Shown here: one piece after another, positions 1 to 9,884 of the stretch
Layout: each line of letters starts with the position of its first letter
Numbering within the stretch: the stretch's first letter is position 1
From: an uncultured Bacteroidales bacterium
GTDB lineage: Bacteria; Bacteroidota; Bacteroidia; Bacteroidales; ML635J-15
DNA length: 64,000 bases
Direction of reading: 5' to 3'
NCBI GenBank assembly: GCA_937899245.1
Contig: CALDKB010000056.1
Span: 347 to 64,346, forward strand
The notes under the pieces: model-generated
Seen by the model: only the letters and a program-made list of their open reading frames with translations
The model's database searches: none
What the model was told of the DNA's origin: nothing
Position numbers and translations under genes: made by a program

Positions 1-1194
1 AGGATTTACCGTCATGCCCTGTGGCTCGATGTTAAGAATAGCATCCTGATCTTCGCTGAAGTCGTAGCCGGCACCACCGATACCTCCACTACCTGGAGTC
101 ATTGCATTGAGACTATAGTAAGCGTCGTATCTACCGCTCCATCCCCAGTTAAAATGGAATAGGTCGTCATCGTTGTATCCATCGCATACGAAGCAGTGGC
201 CTCCTTCGTCGCTGGCACCTGAATAAATAATAGGTCTGCCTGCGTCGATGTCTGCCTTAAGCAAGTTTTTCCATGTGGTTTCATTTGAATAATTATCTCT
301 TAGGAGACCACGGATAGAAGATTTGTACTTGAAGCACTGTACAAGTGCAGTCTGTGCGGTTGGCATTTGGTTGTAAGAATAACCGTAACTGATAGAATAA
401 GCACCGCTACCACCATTTTCTGCAATGTCGTAGTCCATTTCAACAGCAACACCGCAATGATACATAAGAGTTGCAACTGCAGTCTTTTGTGCAGAAGAAC
501 TATTGTTGGTGAGATTATTCGGCATGTTTGTCCAGTCGTATGTTGTGTTGCCGAAGTTTGCGCTCAATGTTCCGTAAGTGCTGTGAGAGTACGAATGGGA
601 GCCATTTCCTTGTGCAGGGTAATTCCAGTATTTCATTACCTGGGCCATTGCAGTTGCAACACAGCCGGTAACAGTTCTGCCACCACAATCATAGTCGTTG
701 GCATCTGCTGGACACATGTTGTTATAAGGTTTTCCTTGGTCCCAAGTTGTGCTAATAAGAGGATTGACAGCCCTAGTTGCACGTTTTGGAGATACACTTC
801 CGTTTAGAATTGCATCCCATTCGGCAGCAATTTCTGCACTTTGTTGTACGCCAACAGCAACAGAAGTGCTAATTTCCTTTGAAATGCCTTTGAACCATGT
901 TCTTACATTTACAGGGAGCTGAACATCTGTCCTAAATGAGCCCTTGTTGGAATAGCCAAGGATAGGATGAGCGATGTCGTCGGCAGAAACAAGAACGAAT
1001 CCGCCTCCATTTTGATTGTTGAAAACGTAGAATTCGGAGAATTCCGTTTGCGAGACAACAAATGCTGCTTTGTTACCGTTCATTTTGCTCCAATAAGCTT
1101 CAGCAACACGTTGCGCCATTTGAACGCTTACTGGTGCGCAAATTGCTGACAAGCAAAATGTAAGCAATAGTGCCAATAATGATAATTTTTTCAT
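1..1194 (-). CDS. Peptidase C10 (streptopain/SpeB-like) cysteine protease precursor, N-terminal 398 aa; the C-terminus lies beyond the left edge
   Basis: Absent from the ORF track because it runs off the edge. The minus-strand frame from ATG 1194..1192 has no in-frame stop down to nt 1 (every triplet checked). MKKLSLLALLLTFCLSAICA is a signal peptide. C10 hallmarks are present: catalytic Cys in GRTVTGCVATAMAQVMKYW (codon 661..663) and His in GGHCFVCDGY (codon 196..198), followed by FHFNWGWSG. Confidence 0.85.
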   Translation of the reverse strand, partial: MKKLSLLALLLTFCLSAICAPVSVQMAQRVAEAYWSKMNGNKAAFVVSQTEFSEFYVFNNQNGGGFVLVSADDIAHPILGYSNKGSFRTDVQLPVNVRTWFKGISKEISTSVAVGVQQSAEIAAEWDAILNGSVSPKRATRAVNPLISTTWDQGKPYNNMCPADANDYDCGGRTVTGCVATAMAQVMKYWNYPAQGNGSHSYSHSTYGTLSANFGNTTYDWTNMPNNLTNNSSSAQKTAVATLMYHCGVAVEMDYDIAENGGSGAYSISYGYSYNQMPTAQTALVQCFKYKSSIRGLLRDNYSNETTWKNLLKADIDAGRPIIYSGASDEGGHCFVCDGYNDDDLFHFNWGWSGRYDAYYSLNAMTPGSGGIGGAGYDFSEDQDAILNIEPQGMTVNP

Positions 1195-1393
1195 CGTTAA
1201 AATCTTTTTTTTGACCTCTAATTCAACATTAACCCTTTTTCCTAATAAAATCCGAGAGGTCTTTTTGCGGATTTTTGAGAAAAATAAGACGGCAAATTTA
1301 AATAAATAAAATTATGAGGGTAGTATTTCTTTAACTTTATTTTTAAATAAGTTGCCAATGAAAAATAATTTTCTGCATATACCTAATTATTAT

Positions 1394-1401
1394 TAACTTT
1401 G
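1394..1401 (+). promoter_or_regulatory. Bacteroidota sigma-A -7 box (TAACTTTG, consensus TAnnTTTG) upstream of gldF
   Basis: Exact match to TAnnTTTG, 22 nt before ATG 1424. Confidence 0.4.
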
Positions 1402-1423
1402 CAGTTTGCTTAAATAACGTGAA

Positions 1424-2155
1424 ATGTACACTTTGTTTCTGAAGGAGATAAAAGGATTTTTTAGTTCGGTGATAGGCTATGTGGTAATTGCCTTTTTCCT
1501 GCTGATAGTTAGTTTGTTCATGTGGGTTTTCCCAACAAATTTCAATATTTTTCAGGTCGGAGCGGCGAATATCGACACACTGTTCCTTATTTCACCGTGG
1601 GTGTTTTTGTTTCTTGTCCCGGCAATTACAATGAATATGTTTGCCGACGAGTTGCGCACCAGTAATATGGAACTGCTGCTGACACGACCAATTTCCGAAT
1701 TTAAAATTGTAATGGCTAAATATTTGGCTTCTATTGTATTGGTTCTGATAGCTTTAGTGCCAACATTACTATTTTTGTTTTCAATCGACTCCCTTGCCGA
1801 TCCTGTTGGTAATGTCGATTATGGTGCTATCGCCGGCTCGTATATTGGACTGGTTTTCTTAGGCGCAGTGTATGCTTCGATAGGAATTTTTGCCAGCTCG
1901 CTTTCAAAAAATGTAATCGTGTCGTTCCTGTTGGGCATCTTGTTCTGTTTCTTGTTCTATCTCGGCTTCGACTTGCTTTCCGATTTGATTTCTGCCGGAA
2001 GTGTTTCCGAATTTATCAAGTCGCTGGGGATAAACGATCATTATAGTTCAGTAAGCCGAGGCGTTGTTGATTCGCGCGACATAATATATTTCCTCAGTGT
2101 GATAGCTTTGTTCGTTTTCTTTTCTAAACTTCGACTTGAAAGTCGCAAATGGTAG
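1424..2155 (+). CDS. gldF: Gliding-motility ABC transporter permease GldF (ABC-2 type)
   Basis: 243 aa, polytopic. The N-terminus LFLKEIKGFFSSVIGYVVIAFFLL and the motif ISPWVFLFLVPAITM resemble GldF. It lies directly upstream of gldG. Confidence 0.8.
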   Translation: MYTLFLKEIKGFFSSVIGYVVIAFFLLIVSLFMWVFPTNFNIFQVGAANIDTLFLISPWVFLFLVPAITMNMFADELRTSNMELLLTRPISEFKIVMAKYLASIVLVLIALVPTLLFLFSIDSLADPVGNVDYGAIAGSYIGLVFLGAVYASIGIFASSLSKNVIVSFLLGILFCFLFYLGFDLLSDLISAGSVSEFIKSLGINDHYSSVSRGVVDSRDIIYFLSVIALFVFFSKLRLESRKW

Positions 2156-2167
2156 GAGGGTATAGTT

Positions 2168-4027
2168 ATGACAAATGAAATCAACATTATAAATTCGCTG
2201 CCGGAAAACAATAATAACGATGTGGCAAAGAAGAAAAAAGAGTCACAAATGCGTCGCAAGAGCCGAAACCAGAACATTTTCCAGGCTGTATTGATTCTTG
2301 TGCTGATAATAGCCATCAATGTTTTTTCTTCGCTGGTATTTTTTAGGGCAGACCTTACCAAGGAGAAGCGCTTCTCAATTTCCGATTTTTCAAAGGAGGT
2401 GCTTGACAGTCTCGACGATGACGTTTATATTGAAATTTATTTGAAGGACAAGGATTTGCCGTCGGAATTGGTGCGTTACCAACGCACAGTTGACGATTTT
2501 ATGAAAAATCTATGCAGCTATTCCGGTCGGATCAGGTACGAATTCAAGAATCCGTTTACCGAGCACGGCGATGAGGAGCAGAGTTTTGTAAGCAAATGGT
2601 TCGGTTTCCTTTCCGACGAGGAGGAAGTAAGTCCGGATGAGAAGAAGAAGATTTTCGCACAGTTGTACAATAAGGGCTTGAACCCCACATATATTGTGCA
2701 GGAAGAAGGCATGGGCGGTTCTGAAAAGATTATTTTCGCAGGTGCGCTTGTCAAGTACAAGGAAAAGGATTTCCCTGTAAATCTGCTTACCAATAGTGTG
2801 TCTGGAAATGATCCGTATACAAAGTTGAGCTCTACCGAGCTCGAGCGCGAATTTGTTCATGCTCTGTGGATGCTGTCAAGTCGTAAGATACACAAGGTCG
2901 CATTTCTCGAGGGACACGATGAACTTGATGTAAACAAGACTTACGATATAATGACTTCTCTGTCGAAGTATTATGTCATCGAGCGAGTGAATATGAACGG
3001 AAGCCTCACGGCTCTCGACGATTATGGTTGCGTGGTAATAGCAAAGCCGCAGAAAAGGTTTACCGAGCGCGACAAGTACATAATCGACCAGTATATAATG
3101 AATGGTGGCAAAGTGATATGGTGTGTTGAATGGATGAACTTCGACATGGACAGCCTGAATAGCAGTCCTACCAGCATGGCGCTGATGAACGATATCAACC
3201 TTAGCGACCAGCTCTTTAATTATGGTGTACGAATAAATCCCGACCTTATCCAGGATATGCGCTGCTTGCAGATTCCGGTTTGCGTAAACACCGTTGACGG
3301 CAAACCCCAGTTTGAACCTAAGCCATGGTATTATTTTCCGCTTATAGTACCAGACACGCTTCTCGACCACCAGCTAGTCAAGAATCTTGATGTCATGCGT
3401 TCTTGCTTTGTCAGCTCCATTGATACGGTTGGCGAAAATCCGAACATCAAAAAGACAATATTGCTTCGTACGTCGCCATATTCAAAGGCACTTTCGCATC
3501 CAGTGGAGATAAGCCTCGACATACTCCGCGAAAAACCGGAAATGTTGACATTCAACAAGCCAAATATTCCGGTTGCAGTTTTGCTTGAGGGTGAATTTAC
3601 ATCAAATTATGTGAATAGATTGCCTCCTGAATTAACAGACAGCAAGGATTTTAATTTCAAGGACAAGAGCAAGAGCACGCAGATGGTTGTGATTTCCGAT
3701 GGCGACTTTGTAAGGAACGAAATAAAGAAAATGGGCGACAAGGTGCAACCGTATCCGTTGGGATACGACAAATACTACGATGCGCAATTCACGCCTGGAA
3801 ATACTCAGTTCATTATTAACTGTGTCAACTACCTTTGTGCTGATGATGGTCTTATATCCCTTAGAATGAGGGAGATGAAGAGCCGTACACTTAATATGAC
3901 AAAGGTCAGGGCAGACAAGCTGATGTGGATATGCGTGAACTCGATAGTACCGGTGCTGGTTGTGCTTCTTGTCGGTATCACGTTGATTGTAATGCGTAAG
4001 GTAAAGTATTCAAAGAAAGGCAAATAG
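2168..4027 (+). CDS. gldG: Gliding-motility ABC transporter auxiliary protein GldG
   Basis: 619 aa with N- and C-terminal TM anchors flanking a large external domain. Synteny is gldF-gldG with a 12-nt gap. Confidence 0.75.
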   Translation: MTNEINIINSLPENNNNDVAKKKKESQMRRKSRNQNIFQAVLILVLIIAINVFSSLVFFRADLTKEKRFSISDFSKEVLDSLDDDVYIEIYLKDKDLPSELVRYQRTVDDFMKNLCSYSGRIRYEFKNPFTEHGDEEQSFVSKWFGFLSDEEEVSPDEKKKIFAQLYNKGLNPTYIVQEEGMGGSEKIIFAGALVKYKEKDFPVNLLTNSVSGNDPYTKLSSTELEREFVHALWMLSSRKIHKVAFLEGHDELDVNKTYDIMTSLSKYYVIERVNMNGSLTALDDYGCVVIAKPQKRFTERDKYIIDQYIMNGGKVIWCVEWMNFDMDSLNSSPTSMALMNDINLSDQLFNYGVRINPDLIQDMRCLQIPVCVNTVDGKPQFEPKPWYYFPLIVPDTLLDHQLVKNLDVMRSCFVSSIDTVGENPNIKKTILLRTSPYSKALSHPVEISLDILREKPEMLTFNKPNIPVAVLLEGEFTSNYVNRLPPELTDSKDFNFKDKSKSTQMVVISDGDFVRNEIKKMGDKVQPYPLGYDKYYDAQFTPGNTQFIINCVNYLCADDGLISLRMREMKSRTLNMTKVRADKLMWICVNSIVPVLVVLLVGITLIVMRKVKYSKKGK

Positions 4028-4030
4028 ATT

Positions 4031-5071
4031 ATGAAAAAATCAAACATCATACTTCTGATTGTTATCATTGTCCTGATAATTGTTTCTGGGGCAGTTTTTT
4101 TTATCCGCAACTACGACCCACAGCAGACGCTTCGTGACTTTGCTGTTGAGGATACAGCTTCAATCACAAAAATATTTTTGGCCAACAAGCAGGGCTCTTC
4201 AGTTACTCTCGAACGTGCTGGCAATCATTGGACTGTTAATGAAATTTATACTGCACGCTTTGATTTCGTCAACAACTTGCTTACCACTATCAAGAAGCTG
4301 GAAGTCAGTTCGCCTGTTTCGTCGGCAAAGCTTGAACGAGTGATGAAGGATCTTGCTGTGCAGGGCATTAAGGTTGAAATATATCAAGATGACGAACTGG
4401 CCAAGACTTATTATGTCGGAGGTGTAACCGAAGATAATAGCGGAGCCTACATGATACTAGAAGGATCCGATTTGCCGTTCATACTGTCGCGACCTGGTTT
4501 TACCGGCTACTTGCCTGTGCATTATCTGCCGGAGCTTTCCGAATGGCGTGAGCGTATTGCATTCAACTATAAAATTGAAGATATTGCCAAGGTTTATGTC
4601 GAATACCCTAATGCCAATGAATCGTTTGTGGCATTGCGCAATGGAGAAAACGAATATTCGCTCCGCAATATTGATGGGTCGTCGGTTGAAATAGCATACG
4701 ACACATTGCGCGTGAAGGAGTTTGTCAGCAGGATCAAGTTCATCGGTTTCGAAACATATATCCTTGACAGCTTGCAGGCCGAAAAGCGCGATAGCCTGCA
4801 GAAAACGCAGATGTTGGCTTCGTTTACAATTGAAGATGTTAATGGCAATAAGAACAAGATTGTTACATATCGCCGACCAAACACCACCGGCTTATTCGAC
4901 CCCGACGGAAATCTCTTCGAATATGATGTCGACAATTTGTATGGAATTTTGAATGATGACGAAGTTGTAATTCTACAATATCCAATCATTGATCCGATAT
5001 TGTTCTATAAATCGGATTTTTTGCCAAGAAATTCAGCAATGCCTAACATTAAGGAGGTTGAAGTTCCGTAA
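4031..5071 (+). CDS. N-terminally anchored protein, DUF4340-like
   Basis: 346 aa with a single N-terminal TM (IILLIVIIVLIIVSGAVFFI). It starts 3 nt after the gldG stop, the usual position of DUF4340 proteins. The family assignment is from memory and was not searched. Confidence 0.5.
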   Translation: MKKSNIILLIVIIVLIIVSGAVFFIRNYDPQQTLRDFAVEDTASITKIFLANKQGSSVTLERAGNHWTVNEIYTARFDFVNNLLTTIKKLEVSSPVSSAKLERVMKDLAVQGIKVEIYQDDELAKTYYVGGVTEDNSGAYMILEGSDLPFILSRPGFTGYLPVHYLPELSEWRERIAFNYKIEDIAKVYVEYPNANESFVALRNGENEYSLRNIDGSSVEIAYDTLRVKEFVSRIKFIGFETYILDSLQAEKRDSLQKTQMLASFTIEDVNGNKNKIVTYRRPNTTGLFDPDGNLFEYDVDNLYGILNDDEVVILQYPIIDPILFYKSDFLPRNSAMPNIKEVEVP

Positions 5072-5101
5072 TTTTCAGCTCACAGAGATGTGCGCAATCG
5101 G

Positions 5102-5122
5102 AAAAGCAAAGGCGTTGCTTTT
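5102..5122 (+). terminator. Hairpin after the DUF4340-like gene (AAAAGCAA-aggcg-TTGCTTTT)
   Basis: 8-bp stem with a 5-nt loop, 30 nt after stop 5071. The T-run is only inside the 3' arm. Confidence 0.35.
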
Positions 5123-5378
5123 GCCGGATGACTTCTGTAGTAGCATGGAGAAGAGCAAGGAAGACGATGCTTTGTACTGCGGGTCATAGCAGATTCGCAA
5201 CCAGACGGATTTATTGCCTTGATTATGAAATAACAATCAAAGAATTGAAGCAGGAGCGATGTTTTTTGGGGTAGCGACATCAGGTATTAAAAAAAAATGT
5301 CAGCAAAGTGAAGAATATCAATTATTATGTGTAATTTTACACCCCAAAAATTTTAGTCAAACATAAAAAACTTAACAT

Positions 5379-6512
5379 ATGGATTTCGTAATATCAAGTT
5401 CACAGCTTTTGTCACATTTGCAAATAGTAAGCAGAGTGGTTAATTCAAAGAATGCACTTCCTATTCTCGACAACGTATTGCTGTCGATTGAAGATGGAGT
5501 ATTAACGATTACTGCCAGCGACCTGGAAAGCACAATATCAACAACATTACCTCTTGACAATTGCAGCGGCAATGGCGTTATCGCAACCGATACAAAGAAA
5601 ATACTTGAAGTTTTAAAAGAATTTCCTGAGCAGCCACTTACTTTCAATGTGGATTTATCCGAAAATAAGATTTATATAACCTCGCAGAATGGTAAATATT
5701 CGATAGTTGGTATTGACGGTTCTGATTTTCCACGAGCATCGCAGCTGAAGTCAGACAAGACCGTTAAGGTTAGCATCGATCCTAATGTCCTTTATAGCGG
5801 TATCACTTCTGCAATTTTTGCAACAGGTGACGATGAACTTCGTCCGATTATGAATGGTATTTTTGTAGAATTGCAGAAATCAGGCGTTAATTTTGTTGCT
5901 ACAGATGCGCATAAGCTTGTAAAATATACTCGTAAGGAAGTAACAGTTGATACTGAAAGTTCATTTATTCTGCCAAAGAAGCCGGCAAACATATTGAAGA
6001 CCATTCTTCCTAAGGCATCAGATGAGGTTGTCCTTGAATTCGACGAAAAGAACGCAGTATTTACTTTTGGTTCTGTTCGCCTTGTTTGCAGACTTCTCGA
6101 AGGCGTATATCCAAATTACGGTTCAGTAATTCCTCGTGAAAATCCTAATTCATTGGTTGTCGACAGAGTTGAACTTTACAATTCGCTTCGCCGTATAGGT
6201 ATGTTCGCAAGCCAGTCGAGCAATCTTGTGGGTCTTAAGATTTCTGGCGGTACCCTCGAAATTTCAGCACAGGATATCGACTACTCGCTTGCTGGTACTG
6301 AAGTAATAAATTGTACATACACAGGCGATGAAATGGAAATCGGTTTCAAGTCGAATTTCCTTGCAGAAATTCTTAATAACATTTCGACACCAGAAGTTGT
6401 CATTGAACTTTCGGATCCGACACGCGCCGGAATTATCCTTCCGAAGGACAACGAAAATGCCGATGAGGAAGTTTTGATGCTTCTGATGCCAATGATGATA
6501 AATAAGATGTAA
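5379..6512 (+). CDS. dnaN: DNA polymerase III beta sliding clamp
   Basis: 377 aa. The N-terminus MDFVISSSQLLSHLQIVSRVVNSKNALPILDNVLLSIEDGVLTITASDLE is typical of DnaN, with three-domain length. Confidence 0.95.
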   Translation: MDFVISSSQLLSHLQIVSRVVNSKNALPILDNVLLSIEDGVLTITASDLESTISTTLPLDNCSGNGVIATDTKKILEVLKEFPEQPLTFNVDLSENKIYITSQNGKYSIVGIDGSDFPRASQLKSDKTVKVSIDPNVLYSGITSAIFATGDDELRPIMNGIFVELQKSGVNFVATDAHKLVKYTRKEVTVDTESSFILPKKPANILKTILPKASDEVVLEFDEKNAVFTFGSVRLVCRLLEGVYPNYGSVIPRENPNSLVVDRVELYNSLRRIGMFASQSSNLVGLKISGGTLEISAQDIDYSLAGTEVINCTYTGDEMEIGFKSNFLAEILNNISTPEVVIELSDPTRAGIILPKDNENADEEVLMLLMPMMINKM

Positions 6513-6530
6513 TTGAACCTATCATAATTG

Positions 6531-6563
6531 ATTACCCGAAATTTTTCGGGTAATCTTTTTTTT
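6531..6563 (+). terminator. Rho-independent terminator after dnaN
   Basis: ATTACCCGAA-attt-TTCGGGTAAT forms a 10-bp stem followed by T8. Confidence 0.75.
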
Positions 6564-6573
6564 ATATATAGCT

Positions 6574-7350
6574 ATGAGAATACAATTGCACAAGCCGATA
6601 GTTTTTTTCGATCTCGAGACTACGGGTATTAACGTGGCTTCCGATCGTGTTGTTGAAATTTCAATAATAAAGATTTTTCCTAACGGGAATGAATTTCGCA
6701 AGACATTCAGGATAAATCCGGAAATACCTATTCCACCACAGGCAACGGCTATCCATAAGATTACAGATGCAGATGTTGCCGATTGTCCGACATTCAAGCA
6801 GCTGGCCAAGGAACTGGTGCAGATATTTGCCGATGCCGACATAGCTGGTTACAATTCAAACAAGTTTGATGTTCCGTTACTTGCTGAGGAATTTATTCGT
6901 GCTGAAGTTGACTTTGACCTTAAGAAACGCCACTTTGTTGATGTTATGAGCATCTATATGAAGAAGGAGCCCAGAAATCTTTCGGCGGCATATCGTTTCT
7001 ATTGCAATGGCGACCTTGAAAATGCACATTCGGCCAATGCTGACACCGAAGCCACATACGAGGTGTTCAAGGCACAGGTCGAAAGATATGGGGATATTGG
7101 CAACGACATAGCCGAGATCTCGAAGTTCTCGTCGTATAGCAGTAATGCCGATTTTGCGGGACGTCTGGTTTATGATGCCAACGGAAATGTTGTCGTTAAC
7201 TTTGGCAAATACAAAGGAAAACTACTTACTGAAGTTTTTAAGAAGGATACTTCGTATTATGGCTGGATGATGAACGGTGATTTTCCTCTTTATACAAAAA
7301 AGATATTGACCGACGAGTACATGAAATTTAAGTTGTGTGCAAAGAAGTAG
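6574..7350 (+). CDS. DEDDh 3'-5' exonuclease (DnaQ/epsilon-like)
   Basis: 258 aa. Exo I FFDLETTG, Exo II GYNSNKFDVPLL, Exo III HSANADTEATYEV. Confidence 0.85.
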   Translation: MRIQLHKPIVFFDLETTGINVASDRVVEISIIKIFPNGNEFRKTFRINPEIPIPPQATAIHKITDADVADCPTFKQLAKELVQIFADADIAGYNSNKFDVPLLAEEFIRAEVDFDLKKRHFVDVMSIYMKKEPRNLSAAYRFYCNGDLENAHSANADTEATYEVFKAQVERYGDIGNDIAEISKFSSYSSNADFAGRLVYDANGNVVVNFGKYKGKLLTEVFKKDTSYYGWMMNGDFPLYTKKILTDEYMKFKLCAKK

Positions 7351-7372
7351 AAAAGCTTTATTTGAAGATAAC

Positions 7373-7402
7373 AAAAAGTCCCGAATTTTTCGGGACTTTT
7401 TT
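7373..7402. terminator. Bidirectional terminator between convergent genes
   Basis: AAAAAGTCCCGAA-ttt-TTCGGGACTTTTT forms a 13-bp stem with an A-run on one side and a T-run on the other. Confidence 0.75.
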
Positions 7403-7421
7403 GTTTGTGGCTTGCCGCTGA

Positions 7422-7682
7422 TTAAAACATTGCAGCGAAAATCAGTGGATATAAGCAGAATTCGCAAATAATTGCAATCAAAGAAAGAACTAAACCAGCG
7501 ATAGCTGTACCTTTCTTAACATCCTTCTTAACTAGTCCAATAATTGCACATACTAATGCAGGAATCCAGAACAACCAAGTCAACCAGTTAAGGATAGGAA
7601 TAATGGAAACAAGAACTGCAATAGCGCCCAATACTGTACTTGCGATACCACAACCATTAGTTTTTTTTACTTCTTCTGCCAT
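7422..7682 (-). CDS. Small integral membrane protein (DUF4190-like)
   Basis: 86 aa with 2-3 hydrophobic helices (GIASTVLGAIAVLVSIIPIL, AIAGLVLSLIAIICEF). Confidence 0.5.
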   Translation of the reverse strand: MAEEVKKTNGCGIASTVLGAIAVLVSIIPILNWLTWLFWIPALVCAIIGLVKKDVKKGTAIAGLVLSLIAIICEFCLYPLIFAAMF

Positions 7683-7723
7683 AATGATAAAATTTAAAAG
7701 TTAGTATTAAATATATTAAATGA

Positions 7724-8626
7724 TTATAAGTCCTTTATTACTTCTAAAATGCTTTTTACTTCTTCGCCGTTGCCGTTGTCAACCCATACTCGACCATTTT
7801 TCCTGTCAATCTTGGTAACCTTGTAACCATCGCTGAAGCTACTAACCCAAACTGCTTTTACTTCATCGCCGACATTTATGTCCTGTTTTGTTGGTACGAG
7901 CTTGCAAAAATCTCTATAGTAAACGGATATTTTGCCGGCGAAACCGGAAATCAAAACCTTTTCGTCGTTGCAACTGATAAGAGTTCCGAACCTGTAGTCG
8001 TCGTCGGGAATAACAACCTGAGCTCCCGGCTGCCATGCGTTGTTGTCAATAACTACAAACGTGTTTGGCTTGAGCTGTTCGTTGGCATGTTCGTTTGCAA
8101 AACCGCTTCCGTCATCTTTCCAGTCGAGGTCTAGGTAAACGACTTTTGGTGAGGTCGGGTCGGAAGCATCGGTAACAATAGCCCTTTGCAATCCCGAACC
8201 GCTTTGCCACCAAGTAAGAACGATGTCGCCAACTTTTGCGGTCTGACCTTCTGTTATTGGGACGATTACTGAATTAGGAATTTTTTCGTAGCCGCTAACT
8301 GTAGATGAAGGACTGCCCATCTTGTCCAATTTCCCATTATAGAAAATATAGGTGTCTTCTGCCGGATCTTTAGATTCTGCCAATCTGTTTTGGTAGAATG
8401 TGTGAATTGACAAAACTGTTTGCCCTTCCTTCATGCCTTCGTTAACAATATCTTCGGGGAAGTTCCATGGAAAGTCTGTTGTGTTTTTGTCGTAATCTTC
8501 AACAGCAGAATTTTCTTCCGTAGAAATTTGTTCTTCATTTATTTGTGTTTTGTCCTTTTGGAAGCCACAATTTGTAAATCCTACCAATAGGATTGAGACC
8601 GTAAGCAGCAAGATAAAAAATTTCAT
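7724..8626 (-). CDS. Lipoprotein of unknown function with two Tudor/SH3-like segments
   Basis: 300 aa. Lipobox LLVGFTNC. Repeated VGDxV...W motifs (VGDIVLTWWQSGSG and VGDEVKAVWVSSFS). Confidence 0.6.
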   Translation of the reverse strand: MKFFILLLTVSILLVGFTNCGFQKDKTQINEEQISTEENSAVEDYDKNTTDFPWNFPEDIVNEGMKEGQTVLSIHTFYQNRLAESKDPAEDTYIFYNGKLDKMGSPSSTVSGYEKIPNSVIVPITEGQTAKVGDIVLTWWQSGSGLQRAIVTDASDPTSPKVVYLDLDWKDDGSGFANEHANEQLKPNTFVVIDNNAWQPGAQVVIPDDDYRFGTLISCNDEKVLISGFAGKISVYYRDFCKLVPTKQDINVGDEVKAVWVSSFSDGYKVTKIDRKNGRVWVDNGNGEEVKSILEVIKDL

Positions 8627-8652
8627 ATTTAAATTATATTAAAAAAGGTAAG

Positions 8653-8660
8653 CAAATGTA
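8653..8660 (-). promoter_or_regulatory. -7 box TACATTTG upstream of the 300-aa lipoprotein gene
   Basis: Match to TAnnTTTG on the minus strand, 26 nt before ATG 8626. Confidence 0.35.
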
Positions 8661-8729
8661 TGCTAACTGTAAAATATATGCAATAAGTAAAGCTACTTAT
8701 TTTTTAGTGGCGTCAAGATGTTTTTGGGT

Positions 8730-9623
8730 TTATTTTAGGCTGCCAAGTATCTTGTCTAGGTTTTCAATGCTCCAGTCGGGGACATACTCATCGGAGTTGC
8801 TGCTAAGTTCTTGAAAATAACCATTGTGTAGTCCGCTTTGCTTGAAGTAAGAGCATATTTCGTTGTACTCGTCCTGTGTAAGGGTTCGGTTTAGGACAGC
8901 GTGGTCTTTGACGTCGGCAGTAGGGAAATATTGCGCCATAACACTAACGTAGATGTTGCGGTCGAACGATGCGAGATGGTCAATTACGCCCTTGCTGTTG
9001 TCGAGGTTGCCAGGCAGGACCAAATGACGTACTATTACACCCCGGCGAAGCATTCCATTTACAAACACATTCTTAGGGCGTTGACGTTTCATTTCTGCAA
9101 TGCATTCCTTGGCCGTCTCAAAGTAGTTTGGTGCCGACGAGTATTCTACGGCTAGCTTGTCGTCGGAGTATTTTAGGTCTGGCAGGTAAATGTCGATTAG
9201 ACCTTCGAGTTTGCGTAGCTGTTCGAGCGATTCGTAACCGTTGCTGTTGTAAACGACAGGAATTTTCAGTTGCGGCTTGTAAATTGTTAGTGCATCAGCT
9301 ATAAGGTCGGCGAAGTGGGTGGGGCTGACAAAATTAATGTTTTCGGCGCCAGCATTCTGCTGGTACAGCATCAGTTTTCCAAGTGTGTCTACGGAGATTT
9401 CGCGACCATAGTCTGATCTTGATATTTCGCTGTTCTGGCAGAATTTGCAACGCAGGTTGCAGCCGGAAAAAAATATTGTCCCGCTTCCTCTTGTGCCCGA
9501 TATGCATGGCTCTTCCCATTCGTGTATGCCAATGCGGGCAATGGTAAGTCTTTTTACTTGGCAGAAGCCTTTTTGCGTATTGCGGTCAACCTTGCAGTTG
9601 CGAGGACACAGTTTACATTCCAT
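8730..9623 (-). CDS. Radical SAM enzyme, PflX-like (putative activating enzyme family)
   Basis: CxxxCxxC cluster motif in FFSGCNLRCKFCQN, plus an N-terminal CKLCPRNCKV cluster. The start was moved from the track's TTG 9644, which lies inside the -7 box, to ATG 9623 (MECKLCPRNC). Confidence 0.8.
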   Translation of the reverse strand: MECKLCPRNCKVDRNTQKGFCQVKRLTIARIGIHEWEEPCISGTRGSGTIFFSGCNLRCKFCQNSEISRSDYGREISVDTLGKLMLYQQNAGAENINFVSPTHFADLIADALTIYKPQLKIPVVYNSNGYESLEQLRKLEGLIDIYLPDLKYSDDKLAVEYSSAPNYFETAKECIAEMKRQRPKNVFVNGMLRRGVIVRHLVLPGNLDNSKGVIDHLASFDRNIYVSVMAQYFPTADVKDHAVLNRTLTQDEYNEICSYFKQSGLHNGYFQELSSNSDEYVPDWSIENLDKILGSLK

Positions 9624-9641
9624 CGTTAAAGAATTTTTTTG

Positions 9642-9649
9642 CAAAGGTA
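9642..9649 (-). promoter_or_regulatory. -7 box TACCTTTG upstream of the radical SAM gene
   Basis: Match to TAnnTTTG, 18 nt upstream of ATG 9623. Confidence 0.4.
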
Positions 9650-9847
9650 AGGAATAAAAAATTTAATGATTGAAAACTTTAACACTTGAAAGCAGAGTGG
9701 CGGTCGGTGATGAGAGACTGCTCGTGTATTCAACAGTGCTGGCAGACGAATTTTTCATGCTAATGAAATATTGTTGTTTTTATTTCGTTAAATAGTTTGA
9801 ATGCATTTTTTTATTTTATGCGATTTTAAAAAAAAAGATAAATGTAT

Positions 9848-9855
9848 TATCTTTG
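9848..9855 (+). promoter_or_regulatory. -7 box TATCTTTG upstream of efp
   Basis: Match to TAnnTTTG, 29 nt before ATG 9885. Confidence 0.45.
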
Positions 9856-9884
9856 TGCCCTAATTTTAAGAAAAATATATTTAT

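Noticed and set aside
5072-5378. The dnaN-upstream spacer, and also the AT-rich 61540..61711 spacer next to ssb, as a chromosomal replication origin.
   Set aside because: I found no clustered DnaA boxes (TTATCCACA or its complement). The closest match is a single TTATCCCGC at about 61421. dnaA is not adjacent, and AT-richness alone is the norm for intergenic DNA here.
9663-9758. A 31-codon minus-strand ORF (MKNSSASTVEYTSSLSSPTATLLSSVKVFNH) just upstream of the radical SAM gene, considered as a possible RiPP precursor.
   Set aside because: It has no Cys or other typical radical-SAM RiPP core residues and no leader-like motif. The radical SAM enzyme is of the widespread PflX-like housekeeping type with its own -7 box between the two ORFs. 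ORFs of this length are expected by chance.
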